Positions 19,723 to 30,955 of a DNA stretch of 48,599 nt are shown in pieces (positions within the stretch are counted from its first letter, which is position 1; each line of letters starts with the position of its first letter). Position numbers and translations under genes: made by a program. The stretch is taken from contig LFSM01000111.1 of assembly GCA_001512745.1 (NCBI GenBank), positions 7,029-55,627 of the forward strand, given 5' to 3'. Below the pieces are notes generated by a model. The model had not been told where the DNA came from. It saw only the letters and a list, made by a program, of their open reading frames with translations, and did no database searches. This DNA comes from Clostridiales bacterium DTU032. Its GTDB lineage: Bacteria; Bacillota; Clostridia; Saccharofermentanales; DTU023.

Positions 19723-20310
19723 TCACGGGCGCAAGCTCTCCACGTAGTGCACGATAGTGCCGACGTTCTCCTGATAGGAATACAGTCTTCCGGCAGCTAA
19801 ACTGCTATCTGCGAGAGAAGCTGTATTATTTATTATTGTCTTATCCGTGTTGTGTCCGTTAACATACAGTATTTGGCTGCTGCCGGCCTGTTGAAGGCCC
19901 AGATCACTTTGTGCAATTTCCTTGATATTATCAAAATTGTACTGCTCGGATAATTTGTTGTTCAAAGAGTTATTAGACATTTCTAAATTCTCAATGCGCT
20001 GTTTCATTCCCGCATTGAGAAAACTCATCTCAGTAATACGCGCATAGCGTGTAACAATAAAGGAAACCATAAGGGTCATCAGGGCAAGGACTGTAATAAC
20101 GGCGACAGCGGTGAAAACTCTTTCACGGCTTTGTGCACGGTATGTTTTTCTGATTTCGGCTTCTCGCTGAATCTGACGACGCCGTTTAATACGTTTGGCC
20201 TCTTCTTCGGCAAAACGACGTTCGGGCATTTCCTGCGGTCTGGGAAGACTGTATGCAGAATAAGGACTTATCTTCCGGGCAAGATTACCATCTATATCAT
20301 ATTGACTCAT
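19723..20310 (-). CDS. ftsL: Cell division protein FtsL-like
   Basis: Cytoplasmic tail, single TM, coiled coil ending IKEIAQSDLGL; located between rsmH and the PBP. Confidence 0.7.
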   Translation of the reverse strand: MSQYDIDGNLARKISPYSAYSLPRPQEMPERRFAEEEAKRIKRRRQIQREAEIRKTYRAQSRERVFTAVAVITVLALMTLMVSFIVTRYARITEMSFLNAGMKQRIENLEMSNNSLNNKLSEQYNFDNIKEIAQSDLGLQQAGSSQILYVNGHNTDKTIINNTASLADSSLAAGRLYSYQENVGTIVHYVESLRP

Positions 20311-21269
20311 ACGACACCTCCGAATTCGAAAACACGCAATTTAGCACTGCGCGCCCGAATATTTGCTTCTACTTCTTCCTCCGAGGCCTCGATCACTTTT
20401 CTCTGGGGCCTCTTTCCGAGGGCTTTCTTGCCACAGACACAAACAGGAAATTCTCTGGGGCACTCACATGGGTCTTCCCATTTAGCAAAAGTCTGTTTTA
20501 CCAGGCGATCCTCCAAGGAATGAAAACTAATTATTACTACACGTCCTCCTGATGACATTAAGCCTGGTATTTGCAGCAGAAGTGACTCAATTTCCTCAAA
20601 TTCTCTGTTAACGGCAATGCGGATTGCCTGAAAGCTGCGCCTGGCCGGATGTTTTTTCCTTCGTGCAGAGGCAGGTACTGCTTTGCTGATTATTTCTGCC
20701 AGCTGAGCTGTAGTCTCAATCGCTTTCAGTTTGCGCTCTGTTACAATCGCTCTGGCTATGCTTTTAGCATGGACTTCTTCTCCATAGTTACGAAGAATAT
20801 ATGCCAAATCATTTTCATCAATTGAAGCCAGAATCTCTGCTGCACTCTCACCTTCTGATTGATCCATTCTCATATCGAGCGGTCCGTCCTGATGATAAGA
20901 GAAGCCTCTTTCCGCCTCATCCAACTGATAAGAACTAGTTCCCAGATCAGCGAGCAAACCATCAATATGGCCTTTCTCCTCATCTGAGAGATTCAACGAA
21001 AGAGAAGAAAATCTGGACGAGCGGATTGAATAGCTCCCTAAGGTATTCAAAGATTCCAATCGTTTCCGCGTCTCTTCTCTTGCGTCAGCATCGCGGTCCA
21101 TTGCGATTAGCCGGCCCTCCGCATTAAGCTGAGATAAAATAGCGGCGCTATGTCCGCCGCCGCCACTTGTTACGTCTACGTATAAGCCACCGGGCTTAAG
21201 CGCGAGAGCCTCTATCGTCTCAGCCAGAAGGACCGGACGGTGCCATTTGTTATAGTCCGCGGATGCCAT
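20307..21269 (-). CDS. rsmH: 16S rRNA m4C1402 methyltransferase
   Basis: HRPVLL, GGGGHS, DLGTSSYQLD..RGFSY..DGPLDMRM, FHSLEDR, RARSAKLR; start trimmed to the ATG at 21269. Confidence 0.97.
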   Translation of the reverse strand: MASADYNKWHRPVLLAETIEALALKPGGLYVDVTSGGGGHSAAILSQLNAEGRLIAMDRDADAREETRKRLESLNTLGSYSIRSSRFSSLSLNLSDEEKGHIDGLLADLGTSSYQLDEAERGFSYHQDGPLDMRMDQSEGESAAEILASIDENDLAYILRNYGEEVHAKSIARAIVTERKLKAIETTAQLAEIISKAVPASARRKKHPARRSFQAIRIAVNREFEEIESLLLQIPGLMSSGGRVVIISFHSLEDRLVKQTFAKWEDPCECPREFPVCVCGKKALGKRPQRKVIEASEEEVEANIRARSAKLRVFEFGGVV

Positions 21270-21684
21270 AAGCGGACAAATCCAACTCAGACAAGGAGTC
21301 TGCTTCTGACTGTTCTTTCTCATAGAACTCTTTAGAGCAAATCTCAACTGAGCTATAAACATCAATAAAGCAAATTTCTTCACCTTTGGAGACAAAAACT
21401 CTTTCCCATAAATGATTGGGAATAGAAATACGCCCTTGTCCATCCAATTCACACTCAACCGCTTCACCAATAATCTGGCGGCGGAAAAGACGTGCTTCTA
21501 CTTCACTGGTTTGTAATTCGCTGAATTGTTCGAGTATTTTATCAAACTGAGATTTGGTATATACGTTCAGGTAGCCTTTATCCAAACTGACGGTCACGAT
21601 TAAGACACCATCAAAGCGGTCGCGGATTTTGGACGGCACTATCACACGACCCTTGGAGTCAACTACGTGCATGTACCTGGCCAC
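21250..21684 (-). CDS. mraZ: Division/cell wall cluster repressor MraZ
   Basis: Two DxxGR motifs (DSKGRVIVP, DGQGRISIP); first gene of dcw; GTG start after GGAGG. Confidence 0.93.
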   Translation of the reverse strand: MARYMHVVDSKGRVIVPSKIRDRFDGVLIVTVSLDKGYLNVYTKSQFDKILEQFSELQTSEVEARLFRRQIIGEAVECELDGQGRISIPNHLWERVFVSKGEEICFIDVYSSVEICSKEFYEKEQSEADSLSELDLSAYGIRGL

Positions 21685-21713
21685 CTCATACCTCCTCTAC
21701 AATCTTTTTTCCT

Positions 21714-21744
21714 ATTCTACCACTAAACCCCACTAATATGTCAA
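21714..21744 (-). promoter_or_regulatory. dcw promoter with MraZ-type GTGG repeats
   Basis: Minus strand TTGACA-N19-TAGAAT with extended TG; two GTGG boxes 10 bp apart (plus-strand CCAC at 21720 and 21730). Confidence 0.65.
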
Positions 21745-21909
21745 GCATAGCCACAAAATGACATAAATCTCCCCAAAATGGCTATAACTTGCTACAGAAA
21801 TGTTTAATCTAGTGAAAACAAGAGGAAAAATGCTTTTTCGCTTGATAAAAAGACAAAAAAAAGCCAGTTCCGGAGAGCTGCTTGCAAAAAAATAAGGCAG
21901 GACTGAAGG

Positions 21910-23055
21910 CTAATCGAGTGTGCTCAGTTTATAGTCCATAGAAATATTAAGAAGCACACCCAGCAAGACAAAGCTGGCAATCATGGATGAACCTCCGTAG
22001 CTGATAAAGGACAAAGGTATGCCGGTAATAGGCAGGAGACCTATTGTCATGCCAATGTTCTCGATGTAGTGAAAAGCAATGGATGCAATCAAAGCGACCA
22101 TAACATAGGCACTGGAGTATGACTGTTTCTCAATCTGCGCTGCCCGTTTCAGGGTATATATGATAAAATACGCCGCCACCATGATGACCAGGGCTGATCC
22201 AATCAGCCCCAGCTGTTCAGAAATAGCAGGAAAGATGAAGTCAGATTCTTTAACGGGTACATTGACGTACTGGCCGCTGGTATTGCCGGCAATCCCCCCC
22301 GATGCAACCGCAGCGATAGACTGGTTGATCTGATAGGAAGCAGCCGGATCATGTCCTCTGAAGAAGAAAGTCAGAATACGGTTTTTCTGATCCCCGCTAA
22401 GGAAAAACCGCCACAGCAATGGCACTGCTACAACAGAAATTCCTGCCAGTGAAGCAAAAATATACCGCCACTTGATCCCCCAGACAAAGAGTGTAGACAG
22501 GAACATGAAAAGGATAACCATAGATGTCCCCAGATCCACTTCCGTTATGACCAGCAGAAAAGGTATGGCATAAAGGAGGGCAATTTTTGCAAAGCCCTTC
22601 TTAGTTGAAATTGTCCCTTCTTTTGTCTGTCCGAAGATCGGACCGGTCACCATGGCCACTCCGATCTTTGCCAATTCAGAGGGCTGGAAGGAACCTACCA
22701 GGGGAACATATATCCAGCTGTCTGCACCTGCGACAGGCCGATATCCGTCAATCTTGACATAAATCAGGAGGATAATGCTGAGCCCGTAAATTAAAGCACC
22801 GATCAGACTCAATGTCGGTTTTTCAAACAGGCAAATGATAAAAGCAGCTAAAAGTCCAATCAGCACTATCGCTACCTGTTTGTAAAAGTTGTTAGGATAG
22901 TCAAAAATAACCGCCCCATAACCGGACTTGAGAACAGTATTAAGAACAACCAGTCCGATCACAACCAGAACAGCTACAGGCACCAGCATTCTGTAATCCA
23001 GAAGCCGGAAAAATCTGTCTACCCGGGAAGCTTTGTTGTCAGTCTTCTTCTGCAT
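21910..23055 (-). CDS. rodA: SEDS protein RodA-like
   Basis: GADSW, FQPSELAK, DLGT, YQINQS..AVASGG, ESDFIF..ISEQLG, PITGIPLSFISYGGSS. Confidence 0.85.
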   Translation of the reverse strand: MQKKTDNKASRVDRFFRLLDYRMLVPVAVLVVIGLVVLNTVLKSGYGAVIFDYPNNFYKQVAIVLIGLLAAFIICLFEKPTLSLIGALIYGLSIILLIYVKIDGYRPVAGADSWIYVPLVGSFQPSELAKIGVAMVTGPIFGQTKEGTISTKKGFAKIALLYAIPFLLVITEVDLGTSMVILFMFLSTLFVWGIKWRYIFASLAGISVVAVPLLWRFFLSGDQKNRILTFFFRGHDPAASYQINQSIAAVASGGIAGNTSGQYVNVPVKESDFIFPAISEQLGLIGSALVIMVAAYFIIYTLKRAAQIEKQSYSSAYVMVALIASIAFHYIENIGMTIGLLPITGIPLSFISYGGSSMIASFVLLGVLLNISMDYKLSTLD

Positions 23056-23069
23056 ATTGGGAATGAGAA

Positions 23070-24095
23070 TCAGGAATTCTCCTCCGCCTCGTCATCACTT
23101 GATTCAGTCTCTCGCAGTTCTTCACTCTCAGCAGCTGTTTCCTCAGCGTCTTCCACCATGGTTACCAGCAACATTTTGGCAGCCTGCTCTTCACTAAGAG
23201 TGATGGCAGCCAGGGCTTTTTTACGTGAATTGTTCCGCAGAATGTTAATCAGAATCACCAGCAAGCCAAAAACTACCATGGCCGCTGACAGCAACTGGGA
23301 AATGCGAAGACCGCTCCCTGTGTAGAGAGAATCCGTGCGGATACCTTCTACAAAAAAGCGTACGATACCATACAGGACAAAATAGCTGGCCAGGGTGCTC
23401 ATAGGTTGTTTAGCGCGACGGCGCACAAAAATCAGAATAACAAAAATCAGCATGTTAGCCAGAAACTCATAGAGAAAAGTAGGATGAACCGGCAAGGCCG
23501 GATCCAGTCCCAGGATAGGATTTGCCGGATCAGGATTAAGCTTGCTCAAATAATGTGCAGTACCGTTACTGATCATTCCCCAGGGTAAATCTGTGTTGGT
23601 GCCGAAAGCTTCCTGATTGAAAAAATTCCCCCAGCGGCCGATAGCGTGACCCAGAGGTAAATAGACTACGAAATAATCAAGCACTTTAGATAAACGAATG
23701 CGTTTATACATGGCCATGACCCAAATACCGAGAATGGCTCCGATCACTCCACCATAAAAGGCCAGACCACCTGAACGCAGGTCAAAAATCTTGAGCCAGT
23801 CTGAAGAGAACTGAGACCATTCAAAGGCAACATAATAGAGTCTGGCTCCAATGATTGCAGTCGGAATCAGAATCAGAAAAAAATCAAGAATGTCATTGCT
23901 TTTGAGGCTATGTTTTTCTGCCTGCCTGATTGCCAAAAGCAGGGCCAGTAAAAAAGCCAGCGCTATAAGCAGTCCATACCAGTAAATCGCTATGTCATGT
24001 CCAAAAAGACTAAACTGAAAAACTACTCTATTTATACCGAGATTATTGATAGCTAATCCCGGAAAACTAACAATATAATCCGCAGTGTTATTCAT
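23070..24095 (-). CDS. lgt: Prolipoprotein diacylglyceryl transferase
   Basis: IYWYG, GARLYYV, GGLAFYGG, IGRWGNFFNQEAFG, HPTFLYE, RFFVEGIR. Confidence 0.96.
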   Translation of the reverse strand: MNNTADYIVSFPGLAINNLGINRVVFQFSLFGHDIAIYWYGLLIALAFLLALLLAIRQAEKHSLKSNDILDFFLILIPTAIIGARLYYVAFEWSQFSSDWLKIFDLRSGGLAFYGGVIGAILGIWVMAMYKRIRLSKVLDYFVVYLPLGHAIGRWGNFFNQEAFGTNTDLPWGMISNGTAHYLSKLNPDPANPILGLDPALPVHPTFLYEFLANMLIFVILIFVRRRAKQPMSTLASYFVLYGIVRFFVEGIRTDSLYTGSGLRISQLLSAAMVVFGLLVILINILRNNSRKKALAAITLSEEQAAKMLLVTMVEDAEETAAESEELRETESSDDEAEENS

Positions 24096-24113
24096 AGGCT
24101 ATCCTCCTGGCGA

Positions 24114-25037
24114 TCATTTTACCATATGCGACCGGTGCCATTTTGCCACATTTACCAAATCCTCCCTGACTACCTTTGCCAGATCTTCTACTGTATCAAA
24201 AGTAAGTTCAGGTCTGATGAATGATAGAAACTCGACTTCAATTATCTCGCCATATAATGAGTCTTCAAAATCGTAGAGATAGCTTTCAACCCGTAAAGGC
24301 GTTTCTTCTTCAATCGTAGGAGACACACCTACATTACTGATAGCAGGGTAAGCTCCTCTGTCACAATGTGCGACGGTAGCATATACTCCCTTATGCAGGC
24401 GAGCCCGCTTGGGAGGATAAGGGAAATTGGCCGTTGGAAATCCTTTGCGCGAGCCGATCCTGCGACCATGTTCTACTACTCCCCTGAGCCTATATGGCTG
24501 TGTCAGCATCGCTGTGACCGCCTCCAGCTCGCCCTGGGCAAGACAATTCCTGATCCGGGAGCTGGAGATTTTTTCGCCGCGGAAGAGGACATCACTGCTT
24601 ATTTTATAAGTCAGATCCGATTTTCCTGCATAGTCCGCCAAAAAATTAATATCTCCCTGAGCCCCTGCTCCGAAGCGTGCATCCTCTCCCACAACAATGG
24701 TCTTAACATTTAGCTTCTTCTGCAGCAGATCTTGTAAAAACTCAAGCGCACTGATACTTCTGAATTCATCAGTCATGTCAGCGACAAAGACATCTTCGAT
24801 CCCTAGCGCCTCCAGCACAGCATATTTTTCTTCACTCTCAATCAGACGCTGGTTTTCTTCCGGACCGAAAGGAGAAAGAAAAGTGAAAACAGCAGGTCTC
24901 AGGGATTTTTCTTTGCAGACAAGGATCAGTTCCTGCAAGATATGCCGATGGCCCAGATGCAGTCCATCAAATACTCCCAGAGCAATACCCCGCTCCTGAT
25001 CCGAACTTAATTCTTCCAGAGACTTATATACTTTCAT
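24114..25037 (-). CDS. ribF: Bifunctional riboflavin kinase/FAD synthetase
   Basis: GVFDGLHLGH, ISSSRIR, GFPTAN, GVYA, NVGVSPT, FIRPELTF. Confidence 0.95.
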   Translation of the reverse strand: MKVYKSLEELSSDQERGIALGVFDGLHLGHRHILQELILVCKEKSLRPAVFTFLSPFGPEENQRLIESEEKYAVLEALGIEDVFVADMTDEFRSISALEFLQDLLQKKLNVKTIVVGEDARFGAGAQGDINFLADYAGKSDLTYKISSDVLFRGEKISSSRIRNCLAQGELEAVTAMLTQPYRLRGVVEHGRRIGSRKGFPTANFPYPPKRARLHKGVYATVAHCDRGAYPAISNVGVSPTIEEETPLRVESYLYDFEDSLYGEIIEVEFLSFIRPELTFDTVEDLAKVVREDLVNVAKWHRSHMVK

Positions 25038-26019
25038 CGTTACTACTTTCTCTAAGAAATTCAGCTGAACTGTCTATAAATACACGCTTAACCTTTGCCA
25101 GGCCCTGATTAAGACTGCCAACTGCCAGCAGGACATCATTATATGTAAAGATAAGCGTTTCAAGTGAAATATCATCTGTCATCAGTTTTATTTCCTGTCC
25201 CTGAGCCAGTCTGACCGCATCGGCTCTTGCTACAGCCTGTGTGGGAAAACCGACAAATGCAGTCAAAGTAGCTTTGACAATTCCCTGTTCCAGGCTTGCA
25301 GACAAGAATCTTTTCGAGTCACGGCCCAGTTTTTCAAAACAATCAAATAAATCAGCTGTCTTCACCGTCTGGTCCAGAGTGAAGGGGCCACAGGCAGTGC
25401 GTTCAAGCTCTGCAGCATGAGCGTAAGAACCCAGTTTTTCACCAATGGCATCGGCCAGAGAGCGGATATAAGTGCCTTTAGAAGTCAAAAAAAGAACATC
25501 CAGGCAGGGCAGCTCCTGACCTTGTCTGTAATAAATATCCAGCAGTTTGATCGCGTTCACCTTTACTGTGCGCCAGGGACGTTCAACATTTTCACCCTGC
25601 CGCGCATATTTGTACAGCGGTTTCCCCGCCACTTTAACCGCTGAATAAAGCGGGGCCTGCTGCTTTATTTCGCCAAGAAAAGAGTTCAAGGTCTGCTCTA
25701 CATAAGAGCGATCTTCAAGTTTTGAGATATCAATATTCTCCGGTGACCGCGCGATTATCTCACCCTCGCGGTCCATGGTATCTGTACGGGTCCCCAGCTG
25801 AATCTGACAACGGTATTCCTTATCATATTCACTCATATAAGGGACTGCTGCTGTAGCGCGGCCGAAAATTACGGGTAAAACGCCTGTAGCAAATGGATCC
25901 AGCGTACCGCAGTGACCAACCCGTTTCATGCCCAGAAGCCGCCGCACTTGTGCAACAACTGCGGCTGAACTTATTTCGCTGTCTTTATTGATGAGAATGA
26001 TCCCCTGATCGTGTATCAT
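25024..26019 (-). CDS. truB: tRNA pseudouridine(55) synthase
   Basis: VGHCGTLDPFATGVL, YSAVKVAGKPLYKYAR, SKGTYIRSL; start trimmed to the ATG at 26019. Confidence 0.96.
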   Translation of the reverse strand: MIHDQGIILINKDSEISSAAVVAQVRRLLGMKRVGHCGTLDPFATGVLPVIFGRATAAVPYMSEYDKEYRCQIQLGTRTDTMDREGEIIARSPENIDISKLEDRSYVEQTLNSFLGEIKQQAPLYSAVKVAGKPLYKYARQGENVERPWRTVKVNAIKLLDIYYRQGQELPCLDVLFLTSKGTYIRSLADAIGEKLGSYAHAAELERTACGPFTLDQTVKTADLFDCFEKLGRDSKRFLSASLEQGIVKATLTAFVGFPTQAVARADAVRLAQGQEIKLMTDDISLETLIFTYNDVLLAVGSLNQGLAKVKRVFIDSSAEFLRESSNDESI

Positions 26020-26026
26020 AGTCAGT

Positions 26027-27073
26027 TTATAAACATTGTTCAAGCATTTTTTCAGCCTGAGCCACAACTTCGGCCTCAGCTTCAGCCAGGCCCATACCCT
26101 CTATGGTAAAACCGGATGCACGGACATGGCCGCCACCGCCAAATATCTGTGCAAATTCTGCAGCATTCAGGCAGCTGTTAGAGCGCACACTGCCATGAAT
26201 TTCTGTACGGTCCGGCGATTCACGCAGTAAAATCGACACATCAACCCCGTCTGCCTCACGCATATCGGAAGAAAGATAATCCAGATGGTCATCTGTAGCC
26301 TTACGCTTATTCATCATTTCACGGGATACTGAAGCGTAGAGAATGCGTCCGTCTGCTGCTAACTTTATCGAAGCCAGAACATCCCCTCGTATCTGTAATT
26401 GTGTTACAGTCGTTCGCTCGAACAATTCATGGGTCAGTAATGCCAGATCTACATTGAACTCCTCTATCAGCCAGGCCACTTGCCTGAAAGCACGAGGCGT
26501 TGTGTTGTTATAGCTGAAACGTCCAGTATCTGTCGTCATGCCTGATATAAGCAAGACGGCGATATCATCGTTAAAAATCTTCTTTGCTGACAAGTCTTCA
26601 AGGGCAGAAATCAATCGGAAAACCAGCTCACAGGTTGAGGAGGATCCGGTATAAATAAGTTCATTATCCCCATTCGCCTGATCGCGCACATGATGATCGA
26701 TAATGGCATGCTGTGAGGCATTCAGAAATAATTTTTCCCGTTTTTCCAGCCTGTCCGGAGTATTGAGATCCACTGCTATCGCCAGATCAAACTGCTTTTC
26801 AGCTATATCTCCACTATATAAGACCATGTTCTGTATTCCCGGAAGAAACTGCAGCGAAGGGACTGCTTTTTCTTCAGCAATAACCTCAACTTCTGCCCCC
26901 AGGTCTTGCAAAGCATTTGCCAGAGACAGAGCGGCACCAAGAGCATCAGCATCGGCTCGGGCATGCGGGAAAATTCCGATACTTGATTTCTTGCTGCTGA
27001 TATCGAAGAAGTAGCCGGCCAGATGGTTGATGTTCGTAGCAACTAGGTCTTTATCTTGATTTAAGCTGGTCAT
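26027..27073 (-). CDS. nrnA: DHH/DHHA1 phosphoesterase (NrnA-like)
   Basis: HARADADALG, IIDHH, TDTGRF, GGGGHVRASG; located between rbfA and truB. Confidence 0.88.
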   Translation of the reverse strand: MTSLNQDKDLVATNINHLAGYFFDISSKKSSIGIFPHARADADALGAALSLANALQDLGAEVEVIAEEKAVPSLQFLPGIQNMVLYSGDIAEKQFDLAIAVDLNTPDRLEKREKLFLNASQHAIIDHHVRDQANGDNELIYTGSSSTCELVFRLISALEDLSAKKIFNDDIAVLLISGMTTDTGRFSYNNTTPRAFRQVAWLIEEFNVDLALLTHELFERTTVTQLQIRGDVLASIKLAADGRILYASVSREMMNKRKATDDHLDYLSSDMREADGVDVSILLRESPDRTEIHGSVRSNSCLNAAEFAQIFGGGGHVRASGFTIEGMGLAEAEAEVVAQAEKMLEQCL

Positions 27074-27087
27074 TAATTCCCTGTCTC

Positions 27088-27483
27088 TTAGTCCTGATCC
27101 TCGCTATTGTCTTCTTTATCTTTTGTCCCGGACTGATCATCTGCTATCACTTTGCTGATCAGCTGATCAATAGCGAAGCCTTCGGCAATAGTGCGGTCTT
27201 CTATGAAATGAATCTGCGGAGTCAGACGTGAGTGCAGCTTATGCCCCAGTTCACGTCGAAAAAAACCGTGCGCTTTACTCAAACTCAGACTCACATCTTT
27301 TCTCTTTTCTTCATCTCCAAGCACGCTATAATAAACATTTGCATGAGCCAGATCGCCGCTCATGCGTACTTCAATAAAAGATACCCGTGCATCCAGCACG
27401 GGATCTTTAACTTTATTACGTAATGTCTCAGACAAAATGCGGCGAACTTCGTCTGCGGTTTGCATGCTGCGTCTGCTAGACAT
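27088..27483 (-). CDS. rbfA: Ribosome-binding factor A
   Basis: [36 protein letters not shown]; follows infB. Confidence 0.93.
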   Translation of the reverse strand: MSSRRSMQTADEVRRILSETLRNKVKDPVLDARVSFIEVRMSGDLAHANVYYSVLGDEEKRKDVSLSLSKAHGFFRRELGHKLHSRLTPQIHFIEDRTIAEGFAIDQLISKVIADDQSGTKDKEDNSEDQD

Positions 27484-30400
27484 TTTCAATCTCCTTCATG
27501 GTATAGAACTCGAGTTCATCACCAACTTTAATATCATTGAAGCGTTCCACACCGGCTCCGAACTCATAGCCCTGAGCTACTTCACGCACGTCATCTTTAA
27601 AGCGTTTCAGTGAGGCCAATTCTCCATCGTAAATAAGTACACCATCGCGCACCACGCGGACTTTATTATTGCGGTTGGCCTTACCCGAGGTCATATAGGA
27701 ACCGGCAATAGTACCTACACCGCTAATTTTGAAGATCTCTCGCACCTCGGCCTGAGCAGTGACAACTTCTTTGTATTCAGGGGCAAGCATGCCCTTCATC
27801 GCTTGTTCAATCTCTTCGATCATCTCGTAGATAACACTGTAAAGCCTGATCTCAACATCAGCTTCTACAGCCTGATCCCGCGCGACTGCGGAAGGCCGGA
27901 CATTGAAGCCGACAATAATTGCATCTGCTGCTTCCGCGAGGCGAATATCTGATTCGTTGATTCCGCCTGTAGCGCTGTGTATGACATGGACCTGGATCTT
28001 ATCCGTGGAAAGTCCGACCAAAGACTGGCGCACAGCTTCAACTGATCCCTTCACATCACCTTTGACAATTACATTGAGATCTACCTTGGCTCCTTCATCA
28101 ATTTTGCTGAAGAGAGTATCAAGCGACATGTGGGAGGATGCGCGCAACCTGGATTCTCTGTCTTCTTCCTGACGGCGCTCTGCCAGTGCTCTGGCCACTT
28201 TCTCATCTTCTACCTGATAGAGAATATCGCCGCCTTCAGGCACTTCTGACAAACCAAGTATTTCGACCGGCATTGAAGGTCCGGCTTCAGTAACCTGCTC
28301 TCCACGGTCATTGCGCATCATACGCACGTGTCCCATGTTGGAACCGACGACAATAGCATCCCCGGTGTGCAGGGTACCGCGCTGGATTAACACCGTCGCC
28401 ACCGGTCCTCTGCCGGCGTCAAGCTCAGCTTCAATTACCGTGCCCTTGGCCTGGCGATGTGGGTTGGCCTTTAGCTCCATGATGTCTGCTGTAATGAGGA
28501 TTGTCTCCAACAGCTCATCCATGTTTTCACCAGTTAAAGCAGAAACCGGGACAATACTGTTTTCACCGCCCCAGTCAGCATCCATAATATTATACTGGGC
28601 TAATTCTGTCTTGACACGGTCTATATTTGCCTGTGGCCGATCGATTTTGTTGATGGCCACAATTATTTCGGTATTTGCCGCCCGGGCATGGTTAATGGCT
28701 TCTATGGTCTGAGGCATAACACCGTCATCGGCGGCAACCACCAGAACGGCAATATCAGTTACCAGAGCCCCACGGGCACGCATAGTTGTGAAAGCCTCAT
28801 GTCCAGGTGTATCGAGGAATGTAATCTTGCGGTCATGCAGGTCAACGGTATAGGCGCCTATGTGCTGGGTTATCCCGCCCGCTTCACCTGTAGTCACAGT
28901 TGTCTTTCTGATATAGTCCAGAATCGATGTCTTACCATGGTCAACGTGGCCCATGACCACTACAACCGGCGGACGCGCTTCCAGATCCTCTTCCTTATCA
29001 GGGGTGTCATCAAAGAGGATATCCTCTTCGGAAACTACGACTAGCTTTTCAGTTTCAACATTGAATTCACCGGCAATAATTGTTGCAGTATCAAAGTCAA
29101 CTTCCTGATTAATAGTAGCCATTACGCCAAGTTCCATCAACTTCATGATGACGTCAGCTGTTGTTTTCTTTAAAGCTTCTGCCAATTCCTTGACAGTCAG
29201 GCTTTCCGGCAGAATTACCTTTAAAACTTGCGCAGCTTTACGCTCTCTTTCAGCTTTGGCCTCAAGACGCTGTTTACGTTCAAGCTCCAGAGCCTCCTGT
29301 CGCTCGCGCTGCTGATCGCGTTCACGGTCTGCGCGATGCTTGTCACGATCCTGCTGTTTCTGTCTTTGTGCATATGTTTTACGGGAAATATCCTTCTCGA
29401 TCACTTCCGGTTTGACAGCTTCTACAGGAGGACGCTGTTGTGTAACCCGTCCGCGGTCAGGAGCAGTTTTAGCCGGCGGTCCGGAATCGCTTCGTCCGGC
29501 CTGGGGTCTTGATCTGTCACTGCCACGTCTGTCATATTGCTGGCTGCGGTCTGCTTGTGGCCCTCCACGCCCCCGCTGGGTCTGCCGGTAATCAGCAGCT
29601 TGTGACTGGCGACGATCTGCGACAGGCTTGTCAGCATCTTTGCCGACATAGCTGCCTTGCTGCGGCCTTACTCTGGGCTTTGCCTGAGCTGGTGCCGCTT
29701 CTTTCTTCCTGGGCGGAACTGGAGTTTTCACTTCAACTTCTTTAACTTGCTGTGTTAGCGGACGTGACTGCTGAGCAATGCGCGCTGCCTCTTTATAATG
29801 CTTCACCTCTTTGGCATCCTCCGAAGTTTGAGTTTTTTCAGCAGTAGTTTTTGCGGCTGCAGGCTCTTTTTTGGCTACAGACTCTTTTGCAGCTGAAGGC
29901 TCTTTTTTAACTTCAGCCTTATCTGCTTTTTCAATTATTTGTTCAGCAGCTGTTTTCTTTTCTTCGGTCCCGGCCACGGCAGCCTTTTTGCCTGCAGGCT
30001 TTTTCGCTTTTTCTTCGACAGCAGCAGACTCGACCGTTGTGCCGGCAGCTTTTTCTGCAGGCTTTTCGCCAGGGGCAGCTTTGACACTGTCCTCTTCCGC
30101 CTTGACCGTCTTAGCAGCAGCCTTCTTAGCCTTTGGTTTTTCAACAGCGGCTGCAGGAGCTTTTGCTCTTGTTTTTTCTTTTGCCGCTGCATCTTCTTTT
30201 ACCGCTTTATCTGCCTTGACTGAATCTGCCTCGGGAACAGCTTTCTTTGCGACTTCAGGAATTTCTTCTTTCTCGGCAATCAGCTCAGCTGCTTCAGTCA
30301 CAGCTTTATCCTTTGTGCTTTCGTCTATCGGATCAGCGGCTTTCGCTTTGCTCTTTTTAATAACTTTAATCACGCTGGTAATATTTTTTCCGGAGATCCC

Positions 30401-30619
30401 TTTCATTTCAATAGTCGATCCGGGACCGTCCAAGGATTTTAATTCGAGGGCAGGATCAATTGAAGCAGCTTGAACTTTCTCCTCTTCTTTAGCAGGAGTA
30501 TCTTCAATTTCTTCTTCCGGTGGCAGTTCCACCTCTTGTTGCAACTGTTGACGCAGAGCTTCTTCTTCAGTCATAAAACCGGCTCTGAGTCCAGAATCTG
30601 CTTCTTCTCTTTTAACCAT
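27476..30619 (-). CDS. infB: Translation initiation factor IF-2
   Basis: [49 protein letters not shown]. Confidence 0.98.
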   Translation of the reverse strand: MVKREEADSGLRAGFMTEEEALRQQLQQEVELPPEEEIEDTPAKEEEKVQAASIDPALELKSLDGPGSTIEMKGISGKNITSVIKVIKKSKAKAADPIDESTKDKAVTEAAELIAEKEEIPEVAKKAVPEADSVKADKAVKEDAAAKEKTRAKAPAAAVEKPKAKKAAAKTVKAEEDSVKAAPGEKPAEKAAGTTVESAAVEEKAKKPAGKKAAVAGTEEKKTAAEQIIEKADKAEVKKEPSAAKESVAKKEPAAAKTTAEKTQTSEDAKEVKHYKEAARIAQQSRPLTQQVKEVEVKTPVPPRKKEAAPAQAKPRVRPQQGSYVGKDADKPVADRRQSQAADYRQTQRGRGGPQADRSQQYDRRGSDRSRPQAGRSDSGPPAKTAPDRGRVTQQRPPVEAVKPEVIEKDISRKTYAQRQKQQDRDKHRADRERDQQRERQEALELERKQRLEAKAERERKAAQVLKVILPESLTVKELAEALKKTTADVIMKLMELGVMATINQEVDFDTATIIAGEFNVETEKLVVVSEEDILFDDTPDKEEDLEARPPVVVVMGHVDHGKTSILDYIRKTTVTTGEAGGITQHIGAYTVDLHDRKITFLDTPGHEAFTTMRARGALVTDIAVLVVAADDGVMPQTIEAINHARAANTEIIVAINKIDRPQANIDRVKTELAQYNIMDADWGGENSIVPVSALTGENMDELLETILITADIMELKANPHRQAKGTVIEAELDAGRGPVATVLIQRGTLHTGDAIVVGSNMGHVRMMRNDRGEQVTEAGPSMPVEILGLSEVPEGGDILYQVEDEKVARALAERRQEEDRESRLRASSHMSLDTLFSKIDEGAKVDLNVIVKGDVKGSVEAVRQSLVGLSTDKIQVHVIHSATGGINESDIRLAEAADAIIVGFNVRPSAVARDQAVEADVEIRLYSVIYEMIEEIEQAMKGMLAPEYKEVVTAQAEVREIFKISGVGTIAGSYMTSGKANRNNKVRVVRDGVLIYDGELASLKRFKDDVREVAQGYEFGAGVERFNDIKVGDELEFYTMKEIENV

Positions 30620-30625
30620 AAATAT

Positions 30626-30955
30626 TTAGCCTCCCTCTTCGCTTAACGCAGCTTTATCTACCGCATTCCGAATGGTGTCTTCTAATGTTCCTTCTTTTAC
30701 GGCAATTGCCGCGCAGGACTTCAAACCCTGGCTTGCCCCCAGCTCTTCCCTGCTATGTGGCAATTCTCTTAATTGGATCTTGTCTGATATTTTGCTTAAT
30801 TCGATTATCTTTTTGCGGGATGAGGCGCTAAGATCATTGGACAAAAATATTGTGCCCCGAAAATTTTTCTTCAGTGCGGTCTCGATGCGGTCTATGCCCA
30901 GAATTACTTCATTGGCCCGTCGTGCGAGTCCCATCATGCGCAGATAATAGTTCAA
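30626..30955 (-). CDS. ylxQ: L7Ae/YlxQ-family RNA-binding protein
   Basis: MMGLARRA..VILG..SREELGASQG..AIAV; located between ylxR and infB. Confidence 0.8.
   Translation of the reverse strand: MNYYLRMMGLARRANEVILGIDRIETALKKNFRGTIFLSNDLSASSRKKIIELSKISDKIQLRELPHSREELGASQGLKSCAAIAVKEGTLEDTIRNAVDKAALSEEGG

Noticed and set aside
21270-21470. Long N-terminal extension of rsmH overlapping mraZ
   Set aside because: ORF-caller extension; family similarity starts at HRPVLL just after the ATG at 21269
29871-30473. 200-aa plus-strand ORF rich in A/S/F
   Set aside because: Antisense shadow of the low-complexity A/K/E tract of infB; no independent evidence
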